From IMG/VR virus record IMGVR_UViG_3300044639_002137: DNA of 64,000 nucleotides. The stretch is one strand, 5' to 3'. Below are positions 1-10,047 of the stretch, in pieces (position 1 is the first letter of the stretch; the number at the start of each line of letters is the position of its first letter). The stretch is from an uncultured virus (IMG/VR IMGVR_UViG_3300044639_002137). Taxonomy: Duplodnaviria > Heunggongvirae > Uroviricota > Caudoviricetes. Under the pieces are notes generated by a model. It was not told the DNA's origin, did no database searches, and saw nothing but the letters and a program-made list of their open reading frames with translations. A program made the translations under genes and the position numbers.

Positions 1-597
1 GTAAATCTGTTCCACATAGTCCAGGTGCGGTTCTAGTTGCGACCACATGTCAGTTTCTGTGCGACCAGCATAGTTGAGCACTGTGTTCTTTTCTTTCCAA
101 TCTCCGCCCGCTAGCTTGGCTTGGTCTTGATACCATTGGCTACTGAAGATATGTCCACAACTGCGACATTTTAAGTTGCAAAGATTACTGAAACGAATAT
201 CCCAGTAGGTCATTTCAAAAGGAGTTGTTTCCAGTTTCTTTATGTGATGTCCGTGATGCTTGTTAGCACTTTTACGGCCCGAAAAGAATCCTGACTCTTC
301 TTGTTCGTAGCAGCGTGTGCAGGCTGCATTAGGCGTTTCACTCAGCATGTCGGACCGTAGGCGTTGCATAGGAGCGTCAGTCCATATTTGTTCCAGGGTA
401 TTCTCACGGCAATTGCCCACTTGTCCCACACCCATTTCAGCATGGCAGCAAGGATATGCTTCGCCTGTGGGATAGGCATGCAGATGAATCCAAGGATATA
501 TGCAGAACGTTTTTGATTCTGTCAGCAGCGATTCTTCTCTTGGAGTCAGCTGTGTGGGCTTCAGCAGATCTGTTGAATTATATTTGTATTGAGTCAT
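1..597 (-). CDS. Radical SAM protein with N-terminal twitch/SPASM-like domain (partial, runs off the left edge; not in ORF track)
   Basis: Manual translation from ATG at 597: MTQYKYNSTDLL...FCIYPWIHLHAYPTGEAYPCC...ACTRCY...WDIRFSNLCNLKCRSCG (CxxxCxxC). Open to position 1. Confidence 0.85.
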   Translation of the reverse strand, partial: MTQYKYNSTDLLKPTQLTPREESLLTESKTFCIYPWIHLHAYPTGEAYPCCHAEMGVGQVGNCRENTLEQIWTDAPMQRLRSDMLSETPNAACTRCYEQEESGFFSGRKSANKHHGHHIKKLETTPFEMTYWDIRFSNLCNLKCRSCGHIFSSQWYQDQAKLAGGDWKEKNTVLNYAGRTETDMWSQLEPHLDYVEQIY

Positions 598-1921
598 ACC
601 AGTCTGCTAATTTAGAGAACGAGGCGCTGAAGTTCTTGTGTCTGCGGCCGTCGTATTGAGAATAGAATTGACGGAAATCATTCAGCAGTTTGGGCTGTTC
701 AAATGTGTCTGAGTGCGGCGTTTTGACCACATCCAAGTAATCAATCAGTCTTTGTGTATGATTTACTTCATGCTCATGCAGCCACGGGTTGGCACGATTC
801 TTGTACAGCCATTCTTCCAGCACAACTCTGTAGCGTGTGCGTATATCTTCGGGTAACACCAGTGCTGACTGGAAGCTGGGAAAGCGTAGAATATTCAAGG
901 TAAAGCTCACTTGGTCACGACCATACAATCGCTTCAGGTCCATGAGTTGATTCAACAACTCGGGCAAGCTGTCCAGGCACAAGGCATTTATAGTACACAT
1001 CACATGCAGGGCTTTTACTGCACGACTCCGTAGCAGAGTGTGTACATTGGCCAACCACTGAGCATAGTCTAGACCGTCACGGATATATTCGGCTTGAATG
1101 CCCACAGCTTCCATGGATGTATACAGTTCCACGTGAGGTAGTGGCTCAATTGCTGTGACAAACTCTTGCAGTTTGTCTGAATCAAATCCCAGATTTGAGT
1201 TGATGGCCAAGCGAGTGGTGCTGCGACCTTGATTCTGTTTGAACCATTCAATCAGCTTCCAGGTATAACCCGACATCAAGGGTTCACCACCTGTTATTCT
1301 CAGCTCCTGGAGTGTTTTATGTAGATCCGTTTCCCACCACTTAAAGAACGCTTCGACATAGGGATTAGTTTCATTAAAGGTATACAGTTGTGAGCTATCG
1401 TGTCCATGCGTAAAGTGATTACGACCATCACTAACCAATCCTATGTACGGGCCATTATTTTTAATATCTCGTACCCAGGTGCTACTGAAAGCAGGGTTAC
1501 AATAACTACAAGCAAACTGACAAGTGCGGTCAAAGGCGATTTCAAGAGTGCGTAAATTAACGTCTTGATCTGGTGGAGTTTCATATGCTTCTTTCAGTGT
1601 GGTAATGGGATATATCTTGCTCTTGTACACACGGTCGCTCACAGCGTCTCGACCCATGTCTTCAATTTTCCAGCAGTATTCGCAACCTGCAGGACGCTCG
1701 CCTGCAATCATTTGCGCACGGTCTTGTTTCTTTTGATCAGTATTGTGCAGCAGCCTAGGGTTGATACTGACTTTATCTTTGTCGACCAAATGGGCTGGCG
1801 GGTGATGACAACTTGTGGTCTGTCCACTTCCTAACCAAATGGTAGCATTGTACCATTTCGCTGCACAAAAACTCTCACTCAGTGGGTCTAGCACTGTGCG
1901 TTTAAATTCTAAATCATTCAC
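578..1921 (-). CDS. Radical SAM protein with N-terminal twitch-like Cys cluster
   Basis: CQFACSYC motif, ITGGEP motif, N-terminal FCAAKW...SCHH...CEYCW. Confidence 0.88.
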   Translation of the reverse strand: MNDLEFKRTVLDPLSESFCAAKWYNATIWLGSGQTTSCHHPPAHLVDKDKVSINPRLLHNTDQKKQDRAQMIAGERPAGCEYCWKIEDMGRDAVSDRVYKSKIYPITTLKEAYETPPDQDVNLRTLEIAFDRTCQFACSYCNPAFSSTWVRDIKNNGPYIGLVSDGRNHFTHGHDSSQLYTFNETNPYVEAFFKWWETDLHKTLQELRITGGEPLMSGYTWKLIEWFKQNQGRSTTRLAINSNLGFDSDKLQEFVTAIEPLPHVELYTSMEAVGIQAEYIRDGLDYAQWLANVHTLLRSRAVKALHVMCTINALCLDSLPELLNQLMDLKRLYGRDQVSFTLNILRFPSFQSALVLPEDIRTRYRVVLEEWLYKNRANPWLHEHEVNHTQRLIDYLDVVKTPHSDTFEQPKLLNDFRQFYSQYDGRRHKNFSASFSKLADWYDSIQI

Positions 1922-3063
1922 TGAAGGGTATGCTCTTGTAAAAAATCAAACAACCGCTGGGGAAAGTCGCGGCGTAGTTGTTCTCGGTATTCCTGGAGAT
2001 GTTGCTGGTTGTATTTACATACATTATAACACTCATTGAGGAATTTTGCAAGGTCTTGACTGCAAAGATCCTGTACAATTTCGACAATTCGATTGAGTCT
2101 ATCTTGTGTGTTATCAATCGAATCAAACGATTCGTCAATCACATGCCCAAATGTTTGGAATCCTAGATTGCGAAGATCTCGATAAAATCCAGCATTACTT
2201 GCCACTATCCACGGATGTCCTTGGGCCAATGGTTTGGCAATCTTTTCAGTTCGGAAACTGTTGCCGTGTTCACATATGGTTTCTGTAACCAGACTAAAAT
2301 AGGTATCAGCATAGGGTTCAGTTTGTAGATAAATTTCACCCCAGGTGTTGTGAAACATGTCTTGCTTGATAAATTGTCTTTTGGGCGCAGTTATCTCAAC
2401 AGAGTTGTTTTGGTATCGTGCAACTTCGTATCTGGAATCCAGTTGACGTATAGGCGTCACTGTGGTCATTAAATTGATATTGTCTTGCACAAGTGTTAGC
2501 CCTGTGCCTTTTGTAGACGGCCTGCCATCCAGCATGGTCCATATTGCACGATCCAGCAGGCCCAGTTGATTCAATCGTTCCCACAGGTATTTTCTATGTG
2601 GTCTTGCTCGCCCATTCAGGAATAAAAAATCATAAGGCTTGGTCACGGTGTTGTAAATTTCGGGCATGCGTTGCATCTGTTGTAGATTTTCGTCATAGCC
2701 TAATATCACATTAAAGAAATGATCATGTGTTAGTGCAGGATAGTTAGCGGGCATTGTGCCTCCACTGAGTACCAGCAGTTGTTTGCTCAGCACAAGATCC
2801 TCTATACCCAACATGCGTATTTGTTCTATCAGTGTCCAGGATCCTTCAGCAGCACCATCAAACACCATGCGGTATTTTGCAGACTCGCACATGGCTCTAA
2901 CTCGAGGTCTATTTTCTACCAGTTGTTTGCGTCCTATAACATAGGTTGCTCCTGCAACTGGCACATGATCAGCAAATTCCCAGAACTCTTGGCTAGCAAA
3001 GGGTTTTAGTAAATCGTATACAACACTGAATGTATCTACTATTAGATCAAGTTTGTCTGGCAT
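1918..3063 (-). CDS. Glycosyltransferase-like protein (phage family with C-terminal ET..F.TEK..KP...LR..GF.TF...DESFD segment)
   Basis: From ORF 1918..3213; the likely start is ATG 3063 (MPDKLDL), overlapping the end of the upstream gene. Motifs FLFLNGRARPHR, YFSLVTET, FRTEKIAKP, GFQTFGHVIDESFD resemble GT10/exostosin-like C-termini. Confidence 0.55.
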   Translation of the reverse strand: MPDKLDLIVDTFSVVYDLLKPFASQEFWEFADHVPVAGATYVIGRKQLVENRPRVRAMCESAKYRMVFDGAAEGSWTLIEQIRMLGIEDLVLSKQLLVLSGGTMPANYPALTHDHFFNVILGYDENLQQMQRMPEIYNTVTKPYDFLFLNGRARPHRKYLWERLNQLGLLDRAIWTMLDGRPSTKGTGLTLVQDNINLMTTVTPIRQLDSRYEVARYQNNSVEITAPKRQFIKQDMFHNTWGEIYLQTEPYADTYFSLVTETICEHGNSFRTEKIAKPLAQGHPWIVASNAGFYRDLRNLGFQTFGHVIDESFDSIDNTQDRLNRIVEIVQDLCSQDLAKFLNECYNVCKYNQQHLQEYREQLRRDFPQRLFDFLQEHTLQ

Positions 3064-4420
3064 GGTACTCACATTCGGCCCACCAGGAACGCATCTCAGG
3101 AAACACCTGTAAAAAATTTGTCTCGTGGCGTCGATCTGCTTCGCTAAAAAAACGATAGAAGTCTGCTTGATTATGACTTTGATCCGCTTCTTGTCCTGAT
3201 CGCATCCAGGCAATGTCTCTGTCTAGCCTAGACACTTCATAGTCTTTGAAACCTTTGAACGGATCCGCCGATGTTTCCAGGTGTGCAGCCATGTAGTCTT
3301 TGACTGCATCTAGTCGTCTAGCATAGGATTCGCCCAGCGTCTGCAGACTTTGCCAAGCAGGTTCACGTAGCACAGGAGTATCAAACCACACACGCTGATA
3401 TGTTGTGCTGTGTTTTTTGCGTAGATCCAGTATGCCTGCCAACAGTTGATCCAGGCTTGACACACTGAGGTTATTCATTGTTATGATAAATGTCAAGCTG
3501 TTGTAACTGGGAATCTCGGTTAGGAACTGATCAACTCGATCCCACAGCAGATCAAAGTCCAGGCCGTGGCGTATGTATTCTGCTTGAGCTCCCCAGGCGT
3601 CTAGACTCACGTACTGCATGAAGTGTTCTATGCGTCCATCACATAGTTGTTTCACATAGGCCAGATACTTTTGCCATGACTTTTCATCCACACTAAAGTT
3701 TGACGTGACATTTAAATGCAGTTTGGCACTGGGGTTCTCCAGCACATAGTCAAATACTCTGTAAGTATTCCGATCCAGTAGTGGTTCGCCACCAGTCATG
3801 CGAAAGTGTTCCAGTTCAGGATACAGGGTGGGCCACCAGGCCCAGAATGCTTCTACATAGGGATTATGTTCCCGTGCTGGAATGGGCTTACGGTCACCAG
3901 AAAAATGCTCAGCAGCGTTATGAGGCACCAGAGTAGGATATGCACCGTGCCGATCAGTTTCTTGCTGCCAAGTGCTTGAGAACTGCGGGCTGCAATAGCT
4001 GCATGCAAGGTTGCAAACATTGTTAAAATTAACTTCCACGTAACTGGGAATAGCATCTTCATCTCCTGTTGATTTTGTAATTATTGAATAATCTTTGGCC
4101 GCCCAGGGTTCACCTGATCTATAATGCCGATCACTCAGCTTGTCATGTGCTTCCATATTCCAGCAATAGCTACACTCTGCAGGTTTGACGCCTGCCAGCA
4201 TGAGTTTGCGCTGTTCTTTTTTGTGTGGTGTATTGTGCAATGCTGCAGGATTGCGTCCAATATCTTCTATGGGTATTCGGTGCAAGGGCGGATGATAGCA
4301 ACTGTTATTTAATCCTGTAGGCAAATGCAAGCTGACCTGTTTCCATTTGGCAAGACACAAGGCAGGTCCAAGATCGGCCTGCATTTTTTCAGCTGAAGAT
4401 AAAAAATCGCTTTTGCTCAT
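3047..4420 (-). CDS. Radical SAM protein with N-terminal twitch-like Cys cluster (paralog of 578..1921)
   Basis: CNLACSYC, MTGGEP, LCLAKW..SCYHPP..CSYCW; extensive similarity to 578..1921 (NPYVEAF, QAEYIR.GLD). Confidence 0.88.
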   Translation of the reverse strand: MSKSDFLSSAEKMQADLGPALCLAKWKQVSLHLPTGLNNSCYHPPLHRIPIEDIGRNPAALHNTPHKKEQRKLMLAGVKPAECSYCWNMEAHDKLSDRHYRSGEPWAAKDYSIITKSTGDEDAIPSYVEVNFNNVCNLACSYCSPQFSSTWQQETDRHGAYPTLVPHNAAEHFSGDRKPIPAREHNPYVEAFWAWWPTLYPELEHFRMTGGEPLLDRNTYRVFDYVLENPSAKLHLNVTSNFSVDEKSWQKYLAYVKQLCDGRIEHFMQYVSLDAWGAQAEYIRHGLDFDLLWDRVDQFLTEIPSYNSLTFIITMNNLSVSSLDQLLAGILDLRKKHSTTYQRVWFDTPVLREPAWQSLQTLGESYARRLDAVKDYMAAHLETSADPFKGFKDYEVSRLDRDIAWMRSGQEADQSHNQADFYRFFSEADRRHETNFLQVFPEMRSWWAECEYHARQT

Positions 4421-5343
4421 GTTATTTTTGTTATAGTTTTGTGGTAACTTTGAGACATTAGTAAATTGTAATTATGATCCAGGATTGGTTGCATTTCTTT
4501 ATACATGTCAACTAATTCATTCATTGGCCGATTTGTTATATCGCCAATGACTTGATATAGCCGAATCAACCGGTCTCTCCCTTCGAACCCATCATAATCT
4601 TCGTCCCAAAATCCTTGAAATGTTTGGAATCCCATTTGCCGAAGATACGCCATGTGATCTCGTGATGCAAATGATATAAAAGGTTTTTTCATTAGCATGG
4701 GCCGGGTAGTTTTTTCTGTAGGGAAAAAAGTTGTTCCTAGGACAAAAGTTTCTCCTACTACGTCTATTAGAATATTTTGATAAAGCTCTGTAAGTTTGTC
4801 ACGGAAATCATATTCAAGCGGTGAATATTGATCGTTACTCGACTGCAACAATGGAAGATGTTGTAGTAGATTGCTAGAATTGGACATACTAGCAACATCA
4901 TATGTTAATAGTTTATCAAATTCAAACTTATAATCATCAACATTTGTAGAAAAATGGATTAGACTTTGTTGGCTGTATTTACTAAACAGATGCCCAGCTA
5001 ACCCTAATCTTCCCGCAGCAGGGCGGCCATACAAACAAAAGAAAATTTTTGTTTGATTCCATGTGTGCCAATCAGTTGGTATATTTGTTATTTTCTTAAA
5101 GAAAAAATTATTACCTTTGACTTTGATTTTATACTTGTGATGCGACTCTAATGGATTCCATGTGTGAAGGTTCACCTGTTTAAAATTAAACAGATCCAAT
5201 AATTGATATACGCCAAGATTTGCCAGGCATATTGCTTCAGGCTTTATATCTAACTCAACTGTTTTGCCTTGGTTCTTGACAAGATAGTCGATCAACTCGA
5301 GTTGATTCCAAATTTTGTCATTGTTGCAAATTATAGTAAACAT
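4417..5343 (-). CDS. Glycosyltransferase-like protein, same family as 1918..3063
   Basis: DVVGETF, FPTEKTTRP, LRQMGFQTFQGFWDEDYD; AT-rich. Confidence 0.55.
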   Translation of the reverse strand: MFTIICNNDKIWNQLELIDYLVKNQGKTVELDIKPEAICLANLGVYQLLDLFNFKQVNLHTWNPLESHHKYKIKVKGNNFFFKKITNIPTDWHTWNQTKIFFCLYGRPAAGRLGLAGHLFSKYSQQSLIHFSTNVDDYKFEFDKLLTYDVASMSNSSNLLQHLPLLQSSNDQYSPLEYDFRDKLTELYQNILIDVVGETFVLGTTFFPTEKTTRPMLMKKPFISFASRDHMAYLRQMGFQTFQGFWDEDYDGFEGRDRLIRLYQVIGDITNRPMNELVDMYKEMQPILDHNYNLLMSQSYHKTITKIT

Positions 5344-5344
5344 T

Positions 5345-5869
5345 TTATTGTTTTAAAAACCCCGACACCTGCAATGTGTATTTGTTTTGCATGCCTGCAT
5401 TTGCTGACAGATGTAAATGAGTAGAATCCCACATAAATCCTTCGCCTACTTTCCATTTGGCACTGATTTCATTGTCATATTGTATGAACTGTCCTAGTTT
5501 CCAATCTTCAAGATATATGTTGGCTCGAACTTTGAGATTTGTTCTCTCCGGGCATCTTTTGTTGATCTGATAGAAGGTGTCTCGATGTAAAGGAATCATG
5601 CATCCAGGGGGTTGGCATATGCTACTGATAGTAACGACCTCCATGTTTAATTGACTGCCAATGTCATTAAAGTCAAGATCATCCTTGGTCCACCATAGCT
5701 GGTGTATTTTAGTATTTTCATAACAATAAGTTGATGGCAACCCGCCGTAGGGTGCATAATCATCAGCTAGCTCTGTGACTAAGTGACTAATACAACTACC
5801 CTCATGTTGAGAATAATCAGCAGATAAAATCTTTGAAAAATCATAATTTAAATAAATTGGTTTAAGCAT
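5345..5869 (-). CDS. 2OG-Fe(II) oxygenase / cupin-fold protein
   Basis: HxD...H facial triad: PGCMIPLHRD ... HLSANAG, C-terminal KYTLQVSG. Confidence 0.6.
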   Translation of the reverse strand: MLKPIYLNYDFSKILSADYSQHEGSCISHLVTELADDYAPYGGLPSTYCYENTKIHQLWWTKDDLDFNDIGSQLNMEVVTISSICQPPGCMIPLHRDTFYQINKRCPERTNLKVRANIYLEDWKLGQFIQYDNEISAKWKVGEGFMWDSTHLHLSANAGMQNKYTLQVSGFLKQ

Positions 5870-5872
5870 ATA

Positions 5873-6799
5873 TTACCATCCTTCTTGTTGTTGAATAACA
5901 TCAATTTCACGAACCATTACACCTTGATTGTGCCAGTTTGATCTATAGTGTCGTTTAAAGAACTCACTGGCTTCTACTGTGAGCATGTGCATGGGCAGAT
6001 CCAACTGTGTGTGTAATTCATCAGCAATTCTATTGGCCAGAATCTCAGGTTGTTCTAATTCCACAGTAGTCCATAGTTCAGCCAAGGCATCAAAATTCTG
6101 CACCTGTAGATAGTCCCAGTTGGTGAGCATGGTCATGTAGGTGCCTTGTCTAGCGCCAGCCATGGCCCAGTAACCGTATTCTACGTCTGCACCTATGTTG
6201 TGCCATATGGTGAGATGGTCTAGATTTCGTTGATGCACTTGATCCTTGAACTCTGCCAGTGTGGGCCTGGCGCCGCGATTCAGGCACATCTTTACACCTT
6301 CACGAAACCCTGCACGCCAAGCATGGAATGCTGATCCATTGGGATAGGTTGTTGAGTAACAGTCATGCATGGCCCAATACAAGGGATCAAAACAAAACTC
6401 CACTTGTGTTTCTGTGCGGCCATCTGTGTTCTCATGTGTGTTCATATTTTGCACATACTTGCGTGTCCATGAACTCAGGCCGCCGTTGCCGTACATGAGT
6501 CCGTTGATAGCATTACGTGCTTTCCAGCGAAACACAGCAGATTCATAATCAGCAGTGGGGAATTCTAATGTTTGATTGAAGAATTTGGCATCAGGAATAT
6601 TATCTCCGTCGATCAGAACAAAACGTTCTGTGGTGCTGGCGTCTGCTGCGGCCTTGTGTGCTGCGTCAGATCCCCGAACTCCGTCTACACGACGAGCCCA
6701 TGGAATCATGTTTCTAATCTTGACCCAGTTTTCCTCTTTTTTGGGTTCATCATAGGTCAAGTATATGCAATCGAGATCTGCAATGTCAATTTGGTTCAT
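5873..6799 (-). CDS. GT-A fold glycosyltransferase-like protein
   Basis: From ORF 5873..6838, likely start ATG 6799 (MNQIDIADLDCIYLTYDEP). RVDGVRGSDAAHKAAA, FVLIDGD (DxD), YGNGGL, AWRAGFREGVK. Confidence 0.6.
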   Translation of the reverse strand: MNQIDIADLDCIYLTYDEPKKEENWVKIRNMIPWARRVDGVRGSDAAHKAAADASTTERFVLIDGDNIPDAKFFNQTLEFPTADYESAVFRWKARNAINGLMYGNGGLSSWTRKYVQNMNTHENTDGRTETQVEFCFDPLYWAMHDCYSTTYPNGSAFHAWRAGFREGVKMCLNRGARPTLAEFKDQVHQRNLDHLTIWHNIGADVEYGYWAMAGARQGTYMTMLTNWDYLQVQNFDALAELWTTVELEQPEILANRIADELHTQLDLPMHMLTVEASEFFKRHYRSNWHNQGVMVREIDVIQQQEGW

Positions 6800-7139
6800 A
6801 AGTTTTTTTGGTCCATTTTTGATGGGGCGTGTGCTCACTGACGATTACGGCGACATTGTCAGGATGACAAGGGGATCCAGAGTCAGCAGGCACAAGTTTA
6901 GTTATTCTATTAAACCGTTGGGTCACAATCTTTCCGTCAACCACTCTGATGTGCTTGTTGTTTGCATTAAATGCGGCCTGATCTATTTCAACATAGAGGC
7001 CGGGCATGTCTTCCATGGAGTATGCAACAGGATAGCCATCGATATCATGGTATAGTCTGTAGAACACAGGCCCGGGCGCAGGCATAGCACTGAGTGCTGC
7101 CCAGAAATCATCTACACTGAGTGGCTGCTGATTTGACAT
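6786..7139 (-). CDS. Hypothetical protein
   Basis: From ORF 6786..7244; likely start ATG 7139 (MSNQQPLSVDDF); lies in the operon between GT-like genes. Confidence 0.55.
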   Translation of the reverse strand: MSNQQPLSVDDFWAALSAMPAPGPVFYRLYHDIDGYPVAYSMEDMPGLYVEIDQAAFNANNKHIRVVDGKIVTQRFNRITKLVPADSGSPCHPDNVAVIVSEHTPHQKWTKKTYEPN

Positions 7140-7890
7140 GATAATGAAAAGCTCCCCATTGTGCGTGTGTTTGTATCCGCAGTTGATTGTTGCGGTATTC
7201 CCGTACCAACTCCTGTGTCCAGTCTTCGGTTCGTGTTCCTGCATGATGCTGTTTCATATGCACCATTTTGGGATATGTTGCAAATGGCAAGGTAACTGAT
7301 TCTGGACCTATAATTTGTGCTGCCATGGCATACACCACATCAGTGGATGGCTGCTCTTCTGGAAACTTCAACAGTTTGCGATAATCGGCCCAATGAGCAA
7401 ATATGTTACGCACTAGTACAAAAAACTCTTGTGCTGTTTTACTAAGACGCCAGTAAGTAATAGCGTTGTATACATCAGGCAAGTTGTTGTCATCAAATAT
7501 TTTTCGATAACGTCTATTACTGCTAATTTCATCTCTCCAGGTTCTGCAGCCGGTTGATATCACAAGATCTCTGTGTCTAAACATATCCCACCAATGGTCA
7601 ATGTTGCTAACAATCCACATGTCTGCTTCTAGCTTGATGGTTTCACGAAACGGAGTTTGATAAAATGCTTGCCAGTCATTCTCGTATGGATTGGCAGGGT
7701 TCGCGTTGGTAATAAGACGCACATGATCAAACACAGAATCAGTGCATTCTGAATCTGTGACCAGGCAAACTTCAGCAGCGGGATTATGAGTTTTTAATGT
7801 TGTGGCCAGAGATCTGGCACAGTCAACATAATCAACTGTGGCACTATTACAGGCCACAATTACGTAGCCTTGTTCAGCTATGGGCTGCAA
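7108..7890 (-). CDS. GT8-like glycosyltransferase
   Basis: GYVIVACN..DYVDCA, VCLVTD, TPFRETIKLEAD (ExD at the DxD position), STDVVYAMA, HMKQH. Confidence 0.6.
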   Translation of the reverse strand: MQPIAEQGYVIVACNSATVDYVDCARSLATTLKTHNPAAEVCLVTDSECTDSVFDHVRLITNANPANPYENDWQAFYQTPFRETIKLEADMWIVSNIDHWWDMFRHRDLVISTGCRTWRDEISSNRRYRKIFDDNNLPDVYNAITYWRLSKTAQEFFVLVRNIFAHWADYRKLLKFPEEQPSTDVVYAMAAQIIGPESVTLPFATYPKMVHMKQHHAGTRTEDWTQELVREYRNNQLRIQTHAQWGAFHYHVKSAATQCR

Positions 7891-8686
7891 TGATGTCTCC
7901 TAGATGTTTTTTGCCCATGGCATGAAAGTCTGCACCACTTACACAAGAGTACAAATATCCACCTGCGGACTCACGATGTGTGATTTTAAATGTTTCGTCA
8001 GCGGTGGCAATTTGTTCCAGGTCATACTCGGGCAGAATACTGGCCAGACTCCAGGGAATACTGTCAACTCTCCAGGTGCCGCCGCTGATGATTCCCAGGG
8101 CAATGCTCAGTGCAAAGTCATTGCGATAGGTACTTTTCTGAATCTTATACAAGGCTCTGTAATGATCCCAGTTGTCTCGAACCATTTGCATACAGTCAAA
8201 TATGTAGGCGGCGGTGTTGCTCTTGCGAAACATCATCACAGTGGCCCAGCTCATGGGCAGTCGATGCTCACCAAATGTGTTTAGTTCATCCAGCAGTCGA
8301 GACTTTGCAATATCATACGCACGATCGTGACACATGAAATCACGATTGCTGTCAATCACAAAGCTCAGTTGCGAACTGGCCACCACATAGTCTGCATCCA
8401 GGACCAGCGTCTGTTCCCAGGGAGTAAGAGCGTATGCATCTGCCCTGCCGGCATTGTGCCAGGTCACAGTTGAATTGTAGTCTTCAAAAAATCTTGTGCC
8501 ACCAGACTCGGGCTCTGCGCGAATAACTCGATCAAAAGTCTGACTCAATGTGCTGTCTGTGCTGTTGGTTACAACAGCAACCGGTATGCCCAGATGGTGG
8601 CGAATACGGCCTGCACTCCAGGCGGCCATGCTCACATAATCAGTGGCTTCGTTGTTGAAGGCAAATATTAACGCACCGCAGGTCAT
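7874..8686 (-). CDS. GT8-like glycosyltransferase (paralog of 7108..7890)
   Basis: GALIFAFNN..DYVSMA, TPWEQTLVLDAD (DxD), RNDFALSIA, HAMGK. Confidence 0.62.
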   Translation of the reverse strand: MTCGALIFAFNNEATDYVSMAAWSAGRIRHHLGIPVAVVTNSTDSTLSQTFDRVIRAEPESGGTRFFEDYNSTVTWHNAGRADAYALTPWEQTLVLDADYVVASSQLSFVIDSNRDFMCHDRAYDIAKSRLLDELNTFGEHRLPMSWATVMMFRKSNTAAYIFDCMQMVRDNWDHYRALYKIQKSTYRNDFALSIALGIISGGTWRVDSIPWSLASILPEYDLEQIATADETFKITHRESAGGYLYSCVSGADFHAMGKKHLGDIIAAHS

Positions 8687-8988
8687 CGTAGTTGACGTTG
8701 TTGGTCAAGTTCCACTAGCCATGCATTCATTTGCTCTTGCCATAACTGCATGGCCAGGCCTCTTAGCTGTTCAGGATTGACCTGCACAGGAGTTTCATAC
8801 AGGTCCAACACCACTGCATCTCCTGGTGGCACAGTGGCCAACAATACCAGCAGTTCAGGATCAGCACGCCACATTCCGCCACGGTAGGCAAACAACATAC
8901 GGGCTTGGTATTTTTCTTTTAGTATGCGGCGAGCAGCAGCATGATCAAATCTTGCTCGTGCATGTGATATTAATTTTTCAGTATCCAT
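8683..8988 (-). CDS. Hypothetical protein
   Basis: From ORF 8683..9030; likely start ATG 8988 (MDTEKLISH), immediately after a TATAAT box. Confidence 0.6.
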   Translation of the reverse strand: MDTEKLISHARARFDHAAARRILKEKYQARMLFAYRGGMWRADPELLVLLATVPPGDAVVLDLYETPVQVNPEQLRGLAMQLWQEQMNAWLVELDQQRQLR

Positions 8989-8994
8989 ATGTCT

Positions 8995-9023
8995 ATTATA
9001 CACAACTTGCGGCCAAAAGTAAA
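8995..9023 (-). promoter_or_regulatory. Sigma70-type promoter for the GT/radical SAM cluster
   Basis: Minus strand TTTACT (9023-9018), 17 nt spacer, TATAAT (9000-8995). Confidence 0.6.
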
Positions 9024-9041
9024 GGGCCATTGGCCCTTTAC
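9015..9041 (-). terminator. Rho-independent terminator after the tail genes
   Basis: GTAAAGGGCC-ATT-GGCCCTTTAC perfect 10-bp inverted repeat followed by TTTT on the minus strand. Confidence 0.7.
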
Positions 9042-9058
9042 CGCTGGAATATTACCAA

Positions 9059-10036
9059 TTAGGCAACAGTAGCAGCAACAGTAGGTGTTCCCCATGCAGC
9101 ACTCAAATAGGTTGTGCTAGGTGGGAAATATGTTACCACTGTGGCAGGTGCTGTACCAAAAGTGATACCAGTGGTTGCTGTACCACCCGAAATATTATCA
9201 CTTGATCCTACAACTGAACCTCCGGGATCTACCCAGGTTGTGGTCAATACCAATTGTGTTCCGGCACCTGCTGTTTTGGCATTGATCGCTATGTATTGTC
9301 CAGAGTAAGGACTGGTGTCAGCATATTGTTGGTAGATAAGAGTGTCTGATGTGGTCAGGTCATACCAGCCAATTGTGGTCAACAGCGTGGTGGGAGTTCC
9401 TGTTCCGCCAACTTTAGTTGTTCCTGTGTAGGGTACTGCTGCAATTGTTTGTGTGCCTGCTCCGTTGCTGATATAGATGTCACCGACCAGTGTGTTGGCC
9501 AAGTCATTCCACTCTGTGTCGGCTGCGGTTGTGTCTGCGGTTTTGGATGTTTCCCATTTGACAAGCCCGCCTGCGTTCCAGAAATAACGAGCAGCGTCGG
9601 CACTGGCCCAGGTAACTGTATTTGTAAATGTGATGGTCCAAGGAGTGGACCCGGATCCAGTTGCTGCGGTTTTGCTTGCAGTGCCTGTCCAAGCAGTGTA
9701 TTGTGTACCTGATGCAACAGCATTGGCACTGCTGGTTGTCAAGTTTGTGATATCAGTGGCCACATTGGCCAAAATAGAAACAATATTTCCTGTTACCGGG
9801 GCTGTTCTAGATGTAATTGCCCGACCAGTTTGATTGCTGGCGGCGGCCAGGTTGTTGACCAGAGTTGCCCAATTGGTGGCTGTTACTACGCCGTCACCGG
9901 CACCACTCACAAAGGCAACGTTTGCCTGACCCCATCCTTGAGATCCACTAACAGTGGTACCCCAGAATGCATTGATGTTGCCCGCAAAAGCGTTGTAGTC
10001 TGCTGCTTGTATAAGGCTGCCAGATGTGTATGTCAT
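9059..10036 (-). CDS. Virion structural protein (tail/baseplate associated)
   Basis: Thr/Gly/Ala-rich 325 aa, MTYTSGSLIQAADYN start, last gene of the baseplate operon. Confidence 0.6.
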   Translation of the reverse strand: MTYTSGSLIQAADYNAFAGNINAFWGTTVSGSQGWGQANVAFVSGAGDGVVTATNWATLVNNLAAASNQTGRAITSRTAPVTGNIVSILANVATDITNLTTSSANAVASGTQYTAWTGTASKTAATGSGSTPWTITFTNTVTWASADAARYFWNAGGLVKWETSKTADTTAADTEWNDLANTLVGDIYISNGAGTQTIAAVPYTGTTKVGGTGTPTTLLTTIGWYDLTTSDTLIYQQYADTSPYSGQYIAINAKTAGAGTQLVLTTTWVDPGGSVVGSSDNISGGTATTGITFGTAPATVVTYFPPSTTYLSAAWGTPTVAATVA

Positions 10037-10047
10037 TTTTTTTCCTG

